This document shows, piece by piece, positions 1 through 14,801 of a stretch of 64,000 nucleotides of DNA. This DNA comes from Eledone cirrhosa (lineage: Eukaryota): contig OZ024746.1 in assembly GCA_964016885.1 (NCBI GenBank), positions 78,802,001 to 78,866,000 of the forward strand, written 5' to 3'. The notes under the pieces were generated by a model. It did not search any database and had not been told where the DNA came from. It saw nothing but the letters and a program-made list of their open reading frames with translations. Both the position numbers and the translations under genes were made by a program. How positions within the stretch are numbered: position 1 is the stretch's first letter; every line of letters starts with the position of its first letter.

Positions 1-2
1 TA

Positions 3-353
3 TGCAGGCATAACAGACCAGATATTATGATATGGGACAAGGAGAAGAAAACATGCACAGTAGTGGAAATTAGCTGCCCAGCAGATGCCAATATAATATC
101 AAAGATTAGTGAAAAGGAGAACATTTATGCAGAACTGATGAGAAATCTGCAGATACTCCACCCTGATTACATCTTCAGATTTATGCCTGTGATTATTGGG
201 GCACTGGGATATGTTAGTAACTGCCTCAATACAAATCTTGAGAAGCTAGGCTTCACAGGAACAGTAAGAACACAAATAGTTAGGAAATGACAAGTACAAT
301 CCATTAATGGAACAGTATAAATATGTAAAACATTCCAAAAATGTTGCATCTAA
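3..353 (+). pseudogene. C-terminal restriction-like endonuclease (RLE) domain of a non-LTR retrotransposon, R4/Dong-like; inactivated
   Basis: Frame 3 reads CRHNRPDIMIWDKEKKTCTVVEISCP...KENIYAEL...PVIIGALGYV, i.e. the RPD..E..K..Y PD-(D/E)xK pattern and the P-IIGALG motif of RLE retrotransposons. In-frame stops at 288-290 and ~328 interrupt the plausible C-terminus (QVQSINGTV*ICKTFQ). Confidence 0.85.
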
Positions 354-498
354 TAACTGCATATAAACATATACACATGCAAAGCATATACACATGCACA
401 CATACAACTCAAAACATACACATCCACACATACAATAACATCCATATCTACACATGCATGCATACATACATATCTACCTAGTTGATGTTGTGTAAATT

Positions 499-547
499 CC
501 AATGAGAGAGTCTTGTGTCTATGTTAGAAACCGACTCTCTCTATTGG
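499..547 (+). other. Stem-loop in the putative 3' UTR of the RLE retrotransposon
   Basis: CCAATGAGAGAGTC (499-512) pairs with GACTCTCTCTATTGG (533-547) with a 1-nt bulge. Confidence 0.45.
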
Positions 548-725
548 TAAAACTTTGGGAAATTATAAAACCAGACGAACATACATAGGGTATGACTATG
601 GGATTTGTACCTAGAAAGTTCTCTCCGATGCACAATTCCTGGTAAGGTGGTTCGTGGAAAGATCAGCAGTCGGGAATGCTTACCGGTCTCCCCAATCCAT
701 GCCACCATTACACTTTGGTGACAAG

Positions 726-788
<63 letters not shown>

Positions 789-817
789 GAGAGATATATG
801 CATATATATGAAACATT

Positions 818-860
818 TGGGATCCCGACGGTTGAGTTCCTGCCGTTTCAACAGCTAGCT
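818..860 (-). mobile_element. Degenerate fragment of family A PLE-terminal repeat (hammerhead 3' half)
   Basis: Minus strand reads TAGCTGTT-GAAA-CGGC-aggaactca-ACCG-TC-GGGATC, similar to family A TAGCCGTC-GAAA-CGGC-ttgagctca-GCCG-TC-GGGGTC. Confidence 0.6.
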
Positions 861-999
861 ACATATAAACTTACATACGTATATGCATACATAAATAGTT
901 GCGTACATACGTAGTATACGAGGCCTACATACATACATACATAGATACGTTCTTACATATGTACAAGATAAGAGCATACATTCACACACTGTGGCACAA

Positions 1000-1367
1000 C
1001 CATATATATGTTTGTGTGTAATAATGTGTTGTGGAGTTAATGTGTATGTGTTTGTATGTAAGAATACACACACACACATACATATGTTTGTGTGTAAGAA
1101 TGTGTGAGAGAGTTAATGTGTATATGTTTGTATGTAAGAATACACACACAGACATACATATGTTTGTGTGTAAGAATGTGTGAGAGAGTTAATGTGTATA
1201 TGTTTGTATGTAAGAATACACACACAGACATACATATGTTTGTGTGTAAGAATGTGTGAGAGAGTTAATGTGTATATGTTTGTAAGTAAGAATACACACA
1301 CACACATACATATGTTTGTGTGTAAGAATGTGTGAGAGAGTTAATGTGTATGTGTTTGTATGTAAGA

Positions 1368-1466
<99 letters not shown>

Positions 1467-1527
1467 TACATATGTTTGTGTGTAAGAATGTGTGAGAGAG
1501 TTAATGTGTATGTGTTTGTATGTAAGA

Positions 1528-1606
<79 letters not shown>

Positions 1607-1655
1607 TTTGTTTGTGTGTAAGAATGTGTGAGAGAGTTAATGTGTATGTGTTTGT
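1000..1655. repeat. 76-bp minisatellite with internal (CA)n expansions
   Basis: Unit AGAATACACACAGACATACATATGTTTGTGTGTAAGAATGTGTGAGAGAGTTAATGTGTAT... recurs; ORF-track ends step by 76 nt (1037, 1113, 1189, 1265, 1341). Confidence 0.9.
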
Positions 1656-1760
1656 TTGTCTACATGACAGCATTGGCTGCTGGTAGTTGATATAGTTTCT
1701 CTTTTTCTTCTATTTCTGGTATAAGTATATATGTATATACAGCACCAATTCTAATTGTAC

Positions 1761-1791
<31 letters not shown>

Positions 1792-2020
1792 TAGAGAGAT
1801 AGAGATGGAGATAGATAGATAGATAGAGAGATAGAGAGATAGATAGATAGATAGAGAGAGAGAGAGCGAGAGATATATGTATATATATATATATATATAT
1901 ACATACACGCAAAGATATTTATACATATCTTGTTTGTATCTGGTAATTATTTGTTGCCGTTTGCTCATGTTTTATAACGAAAGAATATGTATCTATACAT
2001 ACATGCACACAAACACACGC

Positions 2021-2086
<66 letters not shown>

Positions 2087-2669
2087 TGTGCTGTTCTTGT
2101 CATTTGGTTGTTTATTTTGTTCATTATTTTACTTTACTTATTTCATATATTTATTTATTACTTTTTGTCTTTTTCTCACTATATATATATATATATATGT
2201 GTGTGTGTGCGTGTGTGTATATATTTGATTGTATCCTAAGAATAGGAGTTTTGGGGGAGGTTTTTTTAGGGGATTTACTTTTGCGGAAAAAATTTCTTTT
2301 TTAAAAATATTTTGGCACAAATATAGGAAAATAACAACAATAATAATAACAACGACAACAATAAGAAGAAAAAGAATAGTAGTAATAATATCCCCAACAA
2401 AATTACCAATAATAACAAAAACAATAATAAGCATAACTGCAACAACAACAACAACGACGACAACAACAACAACAACAACAACAAAAACAATAATAACTAT
2501 GACAGCAACAGCAACAACAACACAACAACAATAATAACAACATTGAATAGGAAAAAAATATTTAAAGAATACATCCAGATAAAAGAAAATCAAAAATCAT
2601 AAATAAATAGGAATGAAATAAAGAGTAATTTTGACAGAGACTATATAGAGAAAAATAGTAAATATATAA

Positions 2670-3815
2670 ATTGGAAGTGGGAAGAAGGAGTGAAAGGGGG
2701 AGGAGTGAAGGTATGATATATGAAGAAAGAAGGGAAGGAAGAAGGAGGGAAGGAAGAGAAAAAGATTAATGAAGAAAGGAAGGGAGGGAACAGGGGAAGG
2801 AGGAAGAAAGAGAAAAAGATGAATGAAGTAAGGAAGGAGGGGAAGAAGGAGTAAAAGGAAGGATGAAGGAAAGAGAAAAATAAGAAATAAGTAAGGAAGG
2901 AGGTAAGGGAAGGAGGTAAGGGAAGGAGGTAAGGGAAGGAGGTAAGGGAAGGAGGAATGAAAGAGAAAAAGAAGTAAGAAGTTAGGAAAGAGGGGAGGAA
3001 GAAAGAAAGAGTAAAATAAGAATGAATGAAGGGAGGGAGGAGAGAGGGAAGAGAAGGAAGAAAGAAAGAGTAAAAGAATGTAAGAAAAAGAAAGTAAGGA
3101 AGGGAAGGAGGGAACGAGAGATGGGGGAGGGGTGAAGAAAGACTGGGAAAAAGAATGGAGTTAAGAAAATAAAGAGGAAGAAGGAGAGACGGGAGGAAGG
3201 AGAGACGGGAAGGAAGGAGAGAGGGGAAGGAAGGAGAGACGGGAAGGAAGGAGAGACGGGAAGGAAGGAGAGACGGGAAGGAAGGAGAGACGGGAAGGAA
3301 GGAGAGACGGGAAGGAAGGAGAGACGGGAAGGAAGGAGAGAGGGGAAGGAAGGAGAGACGGGAAGGAAGGAGAGACGGGAAGGAAGGAGAGACGGGAAGG
3401 AAGGAGAGACGGGAAGGAAGGAGAGACGGGAAGGAAGGAGAGACGGGAAGGAAGGAGAGAGGGGGAGGAAAGAAAGACGGGAAGAAAGGAGAGAAGTGGA
3501 GAGAGGAAGAAGATACGAGGAAAGATAAGATGAAGAAGATATGAGGAAAGATAAGAGGAAGAAGAAGGGAGGAGAGAAGAGAAGGGGTGAAGAAGAAGGA
3601 AGGAGAGAAGGTAAGGAAGTATGAAGGGAGGAGAGAGGGGAAGGAGAAGCGAGAGGAGGAAGAAGAGAAGGGAGGAAGAAGAGAGAGGAGGGAGAAGAGA
3701 AGGAACGAGAGGAAGAAGAGAAGGGGAGGGAGACGAGAAGGGGTGAGAGGAAGAAGAGAAGGGGAGGGAGAAGAGAAGGGGTGAGAGGAAGCAGAGAAGG
3801 GGAGAGAGAAGAGAA
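2670..3815. repeat. Polypurine tract including a 17-bp tandem (GGGAAGGAAGGAGAGAC)n at ~3185-3480
   Basis: Direct reading; almost only G and A on the plus strand. Confidence 0.9.
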
Positions 3816-3945
3816 TAAAAGCAAAAATGAAGTGGACAAATTATTAATGGTTCAAGTAAACATGAACACCAAGACAAGAAATCAATTTATTAAGAGATGT
3901 CTTTTATTGGAGAGAGGAGAAAAAATGGAAGAATTGGAAGAAAGA

Positions 3946-5280
3946 TGCTGTTGTTGTTACTGTTGTTGTTGTTAGTGTTGTTGTTGTTGTTACTGTTGTT
4001 GTTGTTGTTACTGCTGTTGTTACTGTTATTGTTGTTGTTACTGTTGTTGTTACTGTTGTTTTTGTTGTTGTTACTATTGTTGTTGTTAGTGTTATTGTTG
4101 TTGTTACTGTTGTTGTTGTAACTGTTGTTACTGTTGTTGTTGTTGTTACTATTGTTGTTGTTACTGTTGTTGTTGTTACTGTTGTTGTTGTTAGTGTTAC
4201 TGTTGTTGTTACTGTTGTTGTTGTTAGTGTTACTGTTGTTGTTGTTACTGTTGTTGTTGTTAGTGTTACTGTTGTTGTTGTTACTGTTGTTGTTGTTACT
4301 GTTGTTGTTGTAACTGTTGTTGTTGTTGTTACTATTGTTGTTGTTAGTGTTATTGTTGTTGTTACTGTTGTTGTTGTTGTTACTGTTGTTGTTGTTAGTG
4401 TTGTTGTTGTTACTGTTGTTACTGTTGTTGTTGTTATTGTTACTGTTGTTGTTGTTGTTGTTACTGTTGTTGTTGTTGTTACTGTTGTTGTTGTTACTGT
4501 TGTTGTTACTGTTGCTACTGTTGTTGTTGTTATTGTTATTGTTGTTGTTGTTGTTACTGTTGTTACTGTTGTTACTGTTGTTGTTACTGTTGTTGTTGTT
4601 ACTGTTGTTGTTGCTACTATTGTTGTTGTTACTGTTGTTACTGTTGTTGTTACTATTGTTGTTGTTAGTGTTATTATTAGTGTTATTATTACTGTTGTTG
4701 TTGTTAGTGTTATTAGTGTTGTTGTTGTTACTGTTGTTGTTACTGTTGTTCTTGTTGTTCTTACTGTTGTTGTTGTTGTTAGTGTTGTTACTGTTGTAGT
4801 TGTTGTTACTGTTGTTGTTAATGTTAGTGTTGTTGTTACTGTTGTTGTTGTTGTTAGTGTTGTTATTAGTGTTGTTGTTAATGCTGTTGTTGTTAATGTT
4901 GTTATTACTGTTTTTGTTGTTATTAGTGTTGTTGTTGTTACTGTTGTTGTAACTGTTGTTGTTACTGTTGTTGTTGTTATTGGTGTTGTTATTGTTGTTG
5001 TTGTTGTCATTATTATTGTTGTTATTTTTGTTGTTGTTATTGTTGTTATTAGTGCTATTATTACTGTTGTTGTTGTTGTTGTTAGTGTTGTTGTTGTTGT
5101 TGCTGTTACTGTTGTTGTTGGCACTGTTGTTATTAGTGTTGTTGTTGTTACTGTTGTTGTTGTTGTTGTTATTAGTGTTATTGTTGTTGTTGCTGATGGA
5201 AGATGATAATGATGTTGATGTCGATAATAATGATGATGGGGATAATTATATTGATGTTGATGATGATGATGATGATGATA

Positions 5281-5327
<47 letters not shown>
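3946..5327. repeat. (GTT)n-rich compound microsatellite followed by (GAT)n
   Basis: Direct reading. Confidence 0.95.
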
Positions 5328-5467
5328 ATTGAAGACAATATTGTCTCGGTTTCAGCATAGCTCTTCACGGAGGCGTCAAATAAAGAATTACGCTCCTTTC
5401 TGACATAATAGGGATCTTTGTGGTAGGACTAACATTCTAGGGTTTATGATGAAACTGCTGTCTAAAA

Positions 5468-5681
5468 GTGGGGAATTGACAGAATTTGTAGAGCATCGGA
5501 CAGAATGTTTTGAGCTGTTTAGTTAGGGCCTTTAAGTTCTGAGTTCAAATCCCGTTGAGTTCATCTTTACCTGTTATCATTCCAGGTCGATAAAACAAAG
5601 TACGAATGAAGCATTGGGGTCAATATAATCTATTTTACCTCTACCCCTAAAAATTGCTGGCCTTGTGCCTAGATTAGAAAC
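5468..5681 (+). mobile_element. tRNA-derived SINE (abundant family with GAGTTCAAATCCCG B-box and ...TTGCTGGCCTTGTGCC...AGAAAC tail)
   Basis: B-box-like GAGTTCAAATCC, central GGTCGATAAAA..AGTAC and the 3' tail are shared with more than 10 other copies in the window. Confidence 0.8.
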
Positions 5682-6157
5682 TTATTCTACTGCTATCAGA
5701 TCGCTAATTCTGATGGTTCTTCTCCTCAAATCGAAGTCTGCAGAAATTGATGGAGAGAAGTTTACAATATCAATTAGATGATACTGCAGGATAGACTTTT
5801 CGCTGTCTCATGAAACTAGCGCGAGCTGTATTGGGTCTTCTAGCGCATCTCCCTTACCATCCTCCGGAGAAACGCTTTCTCCATTCTGTCTGCCGGGGCC
5901 GTGGGACGCCCAACACGTGTGACCCCATTTGCTCATAATACAGAGAGATGGTGTTCGGACCTGGTGTGCAGCGTCAGTTGTCCGTAGGGAGGTAGTGGTT
6001 TGTACTTAGCAAAGGTTTTTAGAACCTTGTGTTTGCGATTCCTGTCTGTACTATTACTTGTCACATATGTTTTCGCCTATATTGGTTTATAAAAGGTGAT
6101 AAACATTTGCTCATGGAACTGCCAGTGGCTTTCTATAATAAAAACCATGAGTGCACC

Positions 6158-6207
<50 letters not shown>

Positions 6208-6280
6208 CTAGCTATATGCCGCAAAGCATGTTGTCCAACGCTCCACCAATAGTACCAATCCGCCGTCCTTAATAATAATT

Positions 6281-6482
6281 GTCTCTGGTTTAGGCACAAG
6301 GCCAACAATTTTCGGGGATTAAATCGATCTCAGTATATTACTGGTACTTTATGTTATCGACCTCGTAAGGATGAAAAGCAAAGCTAACCCCCAGCAGAAG
6401 TTGAACTCATAACGTAAACGGCCGTACCTCCATGCCACAAAACATGTTGTCCGACGCTCTACCGATTCTGCCAAGCCACCGT
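6281..6482 (-). mobile_element. tRNA-derived SINE, same family
   Basis: Reverse complement matches the 13490 and 30335 copies (GGCACAAGGCC, CTGGTACTTT, AAGGATGAAA, TTGAACTC, CTCTACCGATTCTGCCAA). Confidence 0.85.
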
Positions 6483-7131
6483 TCTTAATAAAAATGGTAA
6501 TAACAATAACAAGAAGTTATTTTTATTATCAATATGAATATCTTTGAAAGAATGATAAGGAATGATTGGATAAATCTGAATAAATAATGAATGAATGGAA
6601 TATATATATATATATATATATGGGTATATATGAAAAATATATATAAAACATGAAAAAAAGTATACAAAACATTAAAAAAATATATATATATAAAACATAT
6701 GAAATATATATATAAAACATATGAAAAAATATATAAAACATGAAACCAAAAATTGGAAAAAAAAAATAAACAATTTCTTTTGCACAAATGAAAATGTATT
6801 AAAATCCAATATTGATGAAAATTAAACAGATCACATATTATATATTGAGCAGGTGATAACCAGAGAGAGGGGGAGGACAAAGAAAGAGAGAAAGAGAAGG
6901 ACAGGGAGAGAGAGGCAGAGAGAAAAAGAGAGAAAAGTACAAAGCAAGAGAGAAAGAGAGAAAGAAGACAAAGAGAGAGCAAAAGAGACAAATTAAGAGA
7001 AAGAGAGAGTGAGAGAGATGTGGTGAGAGAAGGAAAAAGAAAGAGAGAGCGAGAGAGAGAGAGAGAAGGACAAAACAAGAGAGAAAGAGAGAAAGAGAAG
7101 GACAAAGAGAGAGAGAGTATATATATATATA

Positions 7132-7545
<414 letters not shown>

Positions 7546-7563
7546 TATATATATATACACATA

Positions 7564-7622
<59 letters not shown>

Positions 7623-7739
7623 GTATATACACACAGAGGCAAAGTTAAGAAAAAATATATCTGGAACGATTATATTAGATATTATTAAGTCATATTTAAA
7701 GGTTGTATGTGTGAGTGTGTATATTTGTGTATGAGTATG

Positions 7740-7844
<105 letters not shown>

Positions 7845-8010
7845 ATAAACAATATCCACAGAAATCCTTTTATTAAGAAGTATTAACTGTTATAGACTGT
7901 AAATATTAGCGAACAGGTAATTATTATAGGTCTGAAATATGATGCATCGTAATCTTGGAACGAGTGAGATAGATCAATAGAGAGATAGATATATATATAG
8001 ATATAGATAA

Positions 8011-8047
<37 letters not shown>

Positions 8048-8214
8048 GAGGGAGAGGGAGAGAGAGAGAGAGAGAGAAGGGTGAGGAAGAGCAATGAGGG
8101 TTGAGGAATATGATGTATATATGTGTGTGTGTGTATAAGTATGTGTGTATATATATATATATATAGAGAGAGAGAGATAGATATATATTATGTATGTGTC
8201 TATATGTATGTGTA

Positions 8215-8246
<32 letters not shown>

Positions 8247-8316
8247 CATATATTTATGTATGTATATATATATAGAGAGAGAGATATATATATGTATGTG
8301 TTTATATCTATGTGTA

Positions 8317-8376
<60 letters not shown>

Positions 8377-8436
8377 TTTATGTATGTATATATATATAGA
8401 GATATAAATATATGTATGTGTCTATATGTATGTGTA

Positions 8437-8481
<45 letters not shown>

Positions 8482-8574
8482 GTATGTATATATATAGAGA
8501 GAGATAGATATATCTGTATGTGTCTATATGTATGTGTATATATGTGTATGTATATATATATATATATGTATGCG

Positions 8575-8611
<37 letters not shown>

Positions 8612-8632
8612 ATGTAAGCATATATGAATGCG

Positions 8633-8685
<53 letters not shown>

Positions 8686-8729
8686 ATAGAGAAAATGAAA
8701 TTGTTAATTACGAAAATATTACTCCTCCT

Positions 8730-8749
8730 TCTCCCCCCTCCTCCTCCTC

Positions 8750-8794
<45 letters not shown>

Positions 8795-9579
8795 ATTTCT
8801 TTATTGTTATTATTATAACAATGATGTTGGTGATAAAGACGATAATAATAAATATGGTGTTGATGTTGATGATGATGATGATGATAATAACAATAATAAC
8901 AATAATAATAATGACGACGACGATGATGAAGATAATAATAATGATAATGATGATGATGATGATAATGATGATAATGATAATGATGATGATGATGATGATG
9001 ATAATGATGATAATGATAATAATGATAATAATGATAATGATGATGATGATGATGATGATAATGATGATAATGATGATAATGATAATGATGATAATGATGA
9101 TGATGATGATGATGATAATGATGACGATGATAATAATGATAATAATGATAATGATGATGATGATGATGATAATAATGATAATAATGATAATGATGATGAT
9201 GATAATGATGATGATGATGATGATGATAATGATGATAATGATGATAATGATGATAATGATAATGATGATGATGATGATGATGATAATGATGATAATGATA
9301 ATAATGATAATAATGATAATGATGATGATGATGATGATGATAATGATGATAATGATGATAATGATAATGATGATAATGATGATGATGATGATGATGATAA
9401 TGATGATAATGATAATAATGATAATAATGATAATGATGATGATGATGATGATGATAATGATGATAATGATGATAATGATAATGATGATGATGATGATAAT
9501 GATGATGATGATGATAATGATGATAATGATAATAATGATAATGATGATGATGATGATGATGATGATGATAATGATGATA

Positions 9580-9617
<38 letters not shown>

Positions 9618-9650
9618 AATGATAATAATGATGATGATGATGATGATGAC
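8730..9650. repeat. (CCT)/(ACT) then long (GAT/AAT)n microsatellite
   Basis: Direct reading. Confidence 0.95.
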
Positions 9651-10136
9651 TAATCAGAAAGTATAAAGCCAGCGAGACGGGCGACACACAGATAATTATC
9701 TGGTCATTGAGGAAATAAATATTCAACGTTACTTAACCTCCGGATACAATAATCAATGGTTTTTAAAACGATCTTTTAATTACGCTCAGGTACAAATGAA
9801 GATCACATCAGCAATTCTTCGATACACAATGAATGCAATAAAAAACAAATATGTTTCGATTTATTATTGATTTTTTTTTCTTCTTTATCCATTTATTATT
9901 TTTTTATATCTTTTTATTCTTATGTTTTATTTTATTTTATTTTATTTTATTTTATTTTATTTTATTTTATTTTATTTTTCAATTTTTTTTCTGCGATTTT
10001 TCGTTTTCTTTCCTTATTATTGCTTTTTGTTTCCATAATTATCTATCTATTTATTTATTTATTTGTTTGTTTGTTTGTTTATTTGTTTGTTTGTTTATTT
10101 GTTTGTTTATTTATTTATTTAGTCTTTTAATGACTT

Positions 10137-10270
10137 CAATTAGTAGACCGCGGCCGTGCTGGAGTATCGCTTTGAAATTAGTGAATAATATTGAGTCAAG
10201 TACGTGTTTTTTGTTGTTGTTGCTTTTCTTCTTGCCTGGTACTTGTTTTATCGATCTATTTTGTCGAACA
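10137..10270. mobile_element. Fragment of a second SINE-like dispersed repeat (related copy ~20130-20270)
   Basis: GCGGCCGTGCTGGAG...GGTACTTGTTTTATCGAT...TTTGTCGAAC resembles GCAGCCATGCTGGGG...TTTTATCGAT...TTTGTCAAAC at ~20140-20250. Confidence 0.6.
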
Positions 10271-10284
10271 CAGAGGCAGAGGAG

Positions 10285-10433
<149 letters not shown>

Positions 10434-10672
10434 CACACACACCTACGCACACACTCACTCACACCTACACACACACACATTATAAAACACGTGTAAAAAG
10501 ATGAATAAATGAAATGTTAAAACTTCCACCATACTCTTCTTACTATATATATATGTGTGTGTGTGTGTGTGCATGATGTGTGTGTGTGTGTGTGGTGTGT
10601 AGGTGTGTGTGTGTGTGTGTATGTGTGTATGTGTGTGTGTGTGGGTGTGGGTGTGTGTGTGCATGCACGCGC

Positions 10673-10762
<90 letters not shown>

Positions 10763-10881
10763 CTGGCTGTGTGTGTGTGTGTGTGTGTAGGTGTAAGTAA
10801 AACGATGAAGCTTCGTTTACTGTTTACATATATTTATGTTCTTATTGTGTTACTCGCGTTTCGCTGAGGGATTGTTGAATC

Positions 10882-10969
10882 ACCTCTCTGACGAGCAGAT
10901 CGATACTGTAGTCGAAGCCATAACTTAGTTGATCCTGAGCCAACCCTCTGCGAAACGTGCGTTACAGGT
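10882..10969 (+). ncRNA. Type I hammerhead ribozyme motif with 57-nt stem II region
   Basis: ACCTCT-CTGACGA(10888-94)-GCAGA...TCTGC-GAAA(10952-55)-CGTGCG-TT/ACAGGT. Stem I 5 of 6 bp, 5-bp stem II base, near-palindromic loop III, GUU site; AATAAA at 10978. Confidence 0.7.
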
Positions 10970-11439
10970 CGATAGACAATAAAGAAGTAGAAGACAGTTG
11001 CTCAATGTGCAGCGCCTTTGATCAGAAACCAGAACCACGTGATTGCAAAGTGAACTTCCTGTTACACACAGACATGCTCGTGTCTATCTATTTACTTGTT
11101 CATCTATTAATTTATGCTCCATTTCCTCTGTTTATTGTGCTTCAGGGGAGGAGGCGGGGTAATGATCTTTCCGTGTGTGTTATTGTTGATTGTTTTTATT
11201 GTTTTGTTTTTTAAATCCAATTTCTTCTTTTATCAATTTACTATCTAATTTTTAGATATTTAATTTTTTTTTCTTTCTAAATTACTAACGCACACGAATA
11301 CGCAAATATAAACGCATGCGCATACATACTCACTTACAGATGCAAACAAAATATACATAATTGTCGGCGCAGCCATTGAATAACCAATGCCCACACATAT
11401 GCATTCATACACACACACGAACGAAACATAAATAATTGT

Positions 11440-11712
11440 GGCCGCAGGTATGGCTGAGTGGTTAAGAAGTTCGTTTTGCAATTAAGAGATTCCAGGTTCA
11501 AAACTCCCAAATAGGCATGATGCCAGTCCATCAAAAGGTTATCCCCCCCCCCTCACCAGCTTCTTACTGGTACTCATTTTTATCATCTGGGTGAACTGTG
11601 GCGACATGAAATGGACAAAGATACCAAGCGCTTCCTAGTGCACGATTTGAACTCACGTCCGTCCTTACGATCGCGAACCCAATATCCTAGTCACTAAATC
11701 CGCCCTTTCACC
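11440..11712. mobile_element. Two tRNA-headed SINE fragments (plus-strand head ~11440-11510; minus-strand copy ~11560-11712)
   Basis: A-box TGGCTGAGTGG and B-box GGTTCAAAAC on plus; the minus copy matches the 33945-34078 and 30770-31008 family. Confidence 0.65.
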
Positions 11713-12083
11713 GTATTTAGCCATTAGTTTCTGGCTGGTGGGTCTCCTGGATTTATCAGGTTTTACTTTTCATAACAGAGAATGTCCCCAAATCACCGTC
11801 CTCACCCCAAAACACTTGCAACTCCCACAATACAGAGAAACAACATGTAGACCACAGACATATAAACAAGACACATGATCCAATGATGGGAGCTGCTAGA
11901 TCAACCTGCTAGAAAAAGGGGTAAGAATATCTTCCTCAACTCACACTGCGGACTTAGAGAGCGGAAGGCCTTGGTAGATCATGTGGTCCCACACATTATA
12001 TATACAACATGTAAACGACCTGATAGACACGGCGGAAACGCCCGTGGTGGGGCATGGCGTTGAGCTAAACGACATGACATTGG

Positions 12084-12727
12084 TAACAACGACCATCACC
12101 ACCAGCACTGCCACCACTACAACCACCACCATTACCTCTACCACCACCACCATCACAAACACGACGATGGCGACTATGACCACCACCACTATCTCCACCA
12201 CTACCACCATCACCACCAACACTGCCACCACTATCACCACCACCACTACCACCACCACCACCACCACCACCACTACCAGCAGCACCAGGACCACCACCAC
12301 CACCACCACCACTACCACCACCACCAGCACCAGGACCACCCCCACCACCACCACCACCACTACCACTACCACAACCACCACCACCACCACCACTATCACC
12401 ACAACTAGTACCTCCACCACTACCACCACCACCATCACCACCACTACCACAACCACCACTACCACAACCACCACCACCACCACCACTATAACCACCACTA
12501 GTACCTCCACCACAACCACCACCACCACCACCACTATCACCACCACTAGTACCTCCACCACTACCGCAACCACCACCACCACCACTACCACTACCACCAC
12601 CACCACCACCACTATCACCACCACCACTATCACCACCACCACATCACCACCACCACCACCACCACCACCACCACCACCACCACCACTATCACCACCACCA
12701 CGTCACCACCACTACCAACACCACCAC
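12084..12727. repeat. (ACC)n-rich microsatellite
   Basis: Direct reading. Confidence 0.95.
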
Positions 12728-13006
12728 GTTATTTTACAAACACACAAACACTAAGTACTCACCACAAATACACATACATACAACACATATACCAAACAAA
12801 CATACATACATACTCAATATACAGCACTAACACTCGCTACAAACATTTTTCATAAACACATGCACATATGCATACACTATATAAACACATCACATCATAC
12901 TTACACAACATCACCTCGCACGCACACATAACCCATTATTCATTCATCACAATTACATATTTACAGTCTACGAATATAAACCACAACTAATACACATAGA
13001 AAACTA

Positions 13007-13107
<101 letters not shown>

Positions 13108-13489
13108 ACACACACACACACACAACAACAACACACACCACACACATACACAGTATTAACAGAAGTACAAGCACATACACGCATATACTCACATATGTAC
13201 ATATTCACACACAGCACACATATCACCTTTGCACACGTCTACTAATAAATAGCTTGTTACTTTACGGGTTTCACTGTCAAATGCAGACGGTTTTCTCTGT
13301 GTGAACTCAACCGACCACATATCGTACGGTGAAAATTCAATTTCTTTGCGCGGTTGGAAATAGTGCGAGGTTGTACCTCATCCCGAATATCAATTTGGCA
13401 GTATATGACGTATGGTGGACATCAATCAAATTCCTTATTGAGATATTTCATATTGAACACAAACAGATTGCTTTACATTCATTATATAA

Positions 13490-13890
13490 ACGGTGGTGGA
13501 TTGGCAGTATCGGTGGAGGGTCGGACACCATGCTTTGCAGCTTAGAGTTACGCCCCTTTACGGTCTGAGTTCAAATCCCGCCAAGGTTAACTTTGCCTTT
13601 CATCCTTACGGGCTCGATCAAATAAAGTACCAGTAATGCACGGGGGTCGATTTAATAAAAAAATTGCTGGCCTTATGCCTATATAAGAAACCCTTATATA
13701 AACGTATGGCGGTGGATTGGCAGTATCAGTAGACGGTCGGACGCCATGCTTTGGAGCATAGAGTTAAGGTCTGATTTCAAATCCCGCCGAGGTTAACTTT
13801 GCCTTTTATCCTTACGGGGGTCGATGAAATAAAGTACCAGTAATGCACTGGGATAATTGCTGGCCTTGTGCCAAAAGTAGGAACAATTAT
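13490..13890 (+). mobile_element. Two tandem copies of the tRNA-derived SINE (13490-13690, 13708-13890)
   Basis: Both start GGTGGATTGGCAGTATC, contain TTCAAATCCCGCC and GCCTTT.ATCCTTACGGG..TCGAT, and end TTGCTGGCCTT.TGCC. Confidence 0.85.
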
Positions 13891-13907
13891 ATAAACGTAT
13901 TTTGACG

Positions 13908-14060
13908 TAGTGAAGGAACGTGCCCTAATAGTTAGGGTCTGGGACTCAAGATAATAAGTTCTTGGGTTCGATTTTTGGATGCTTGGCAGTCTGTTGTGTT
14001 CTTGAGAAAAATACTTTATTTCCGGTTGCTCCTTCTGCCAGGAGTTGAAATAGGCAGATA
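13908..14060 (+). mobile_element. Diverged tRNA-headed SINE of the GTGAAGG-start family
   Basis: GTGAAGG...GTTAGGGT...GGGTTCGATT...TTGTGTTCTTGAG.AA.A.ACTTTATTTC, the reverse complement of the 33945-34078 type. Confidence 0.65.
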
Positions 14061-14614
14061 GTAACAGGAATGGAAAATTCAATGGAAACATTGTTACCTT
14101 GGTCCGATTGGACAATCGGCTCCATTCAATTTCTGTTCGACTTCCATTGATCCCTTCTTCAGGAAAGATGTGAGAGTGAAGTTAGGAGAGTGAAGATGTT
14201 AGCGAAAATAACAAAACAAAATAAAACAGAAACGTATGAATGTTAGAGGTCCTAAAAATGTGGAATGAAATACGAACTTCAATATTTCTACACAGAGATT
14301 GTTTTGTTCGGTATATATAGAAGTTTACTTCTATATATAACTTAATTAGCTCAATATATCTAGCACTATCTTGACAACATTCATAGATGAAAGAGCATCA
14401 TATATATGGTACGATTAATGTAATATTTAGAGTTAAAATTGTTTAATATGTATAAGCTGGAAAATATGATATTTTTGTTGACGTATGCATATCTATCTTC
14501 GTATTAATTCTGTCTAGCTTTTTCTGTCTCTTCACTTTCCCTTCCCTATCCTATCCCTCACCCCTGTCTCTCTCTGTCACACACACACACATATATATAT
14601 ATAAACACACACAT

Positions 14615-14676
<62 letters not shown>

Positions 14677-14763
14677 ACATATATATATATATATAAATAA
14701 ACATACATATATATATATATATATATATAAACATATATATATGTGTGTAATGTATATATGTAA

Positions 14764-14801
<38 letters not shown>

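Noticed and set aside
5800-6160. GC-richer unique stretch that might be an exon or ribozyme
   Set aside because: No ORF with recognisable motifs and no catalytic core found on either strand.
12010-12075. CTGATAGA...GAAA-CGCC...GGCG-TT hammerhead-like string, or a 45-nt minus-strand micro-exon (LNAMPHHGRFRRVYQ)
   Set aside because: No stem I pairing; weak splice donor and no recognisable protein.
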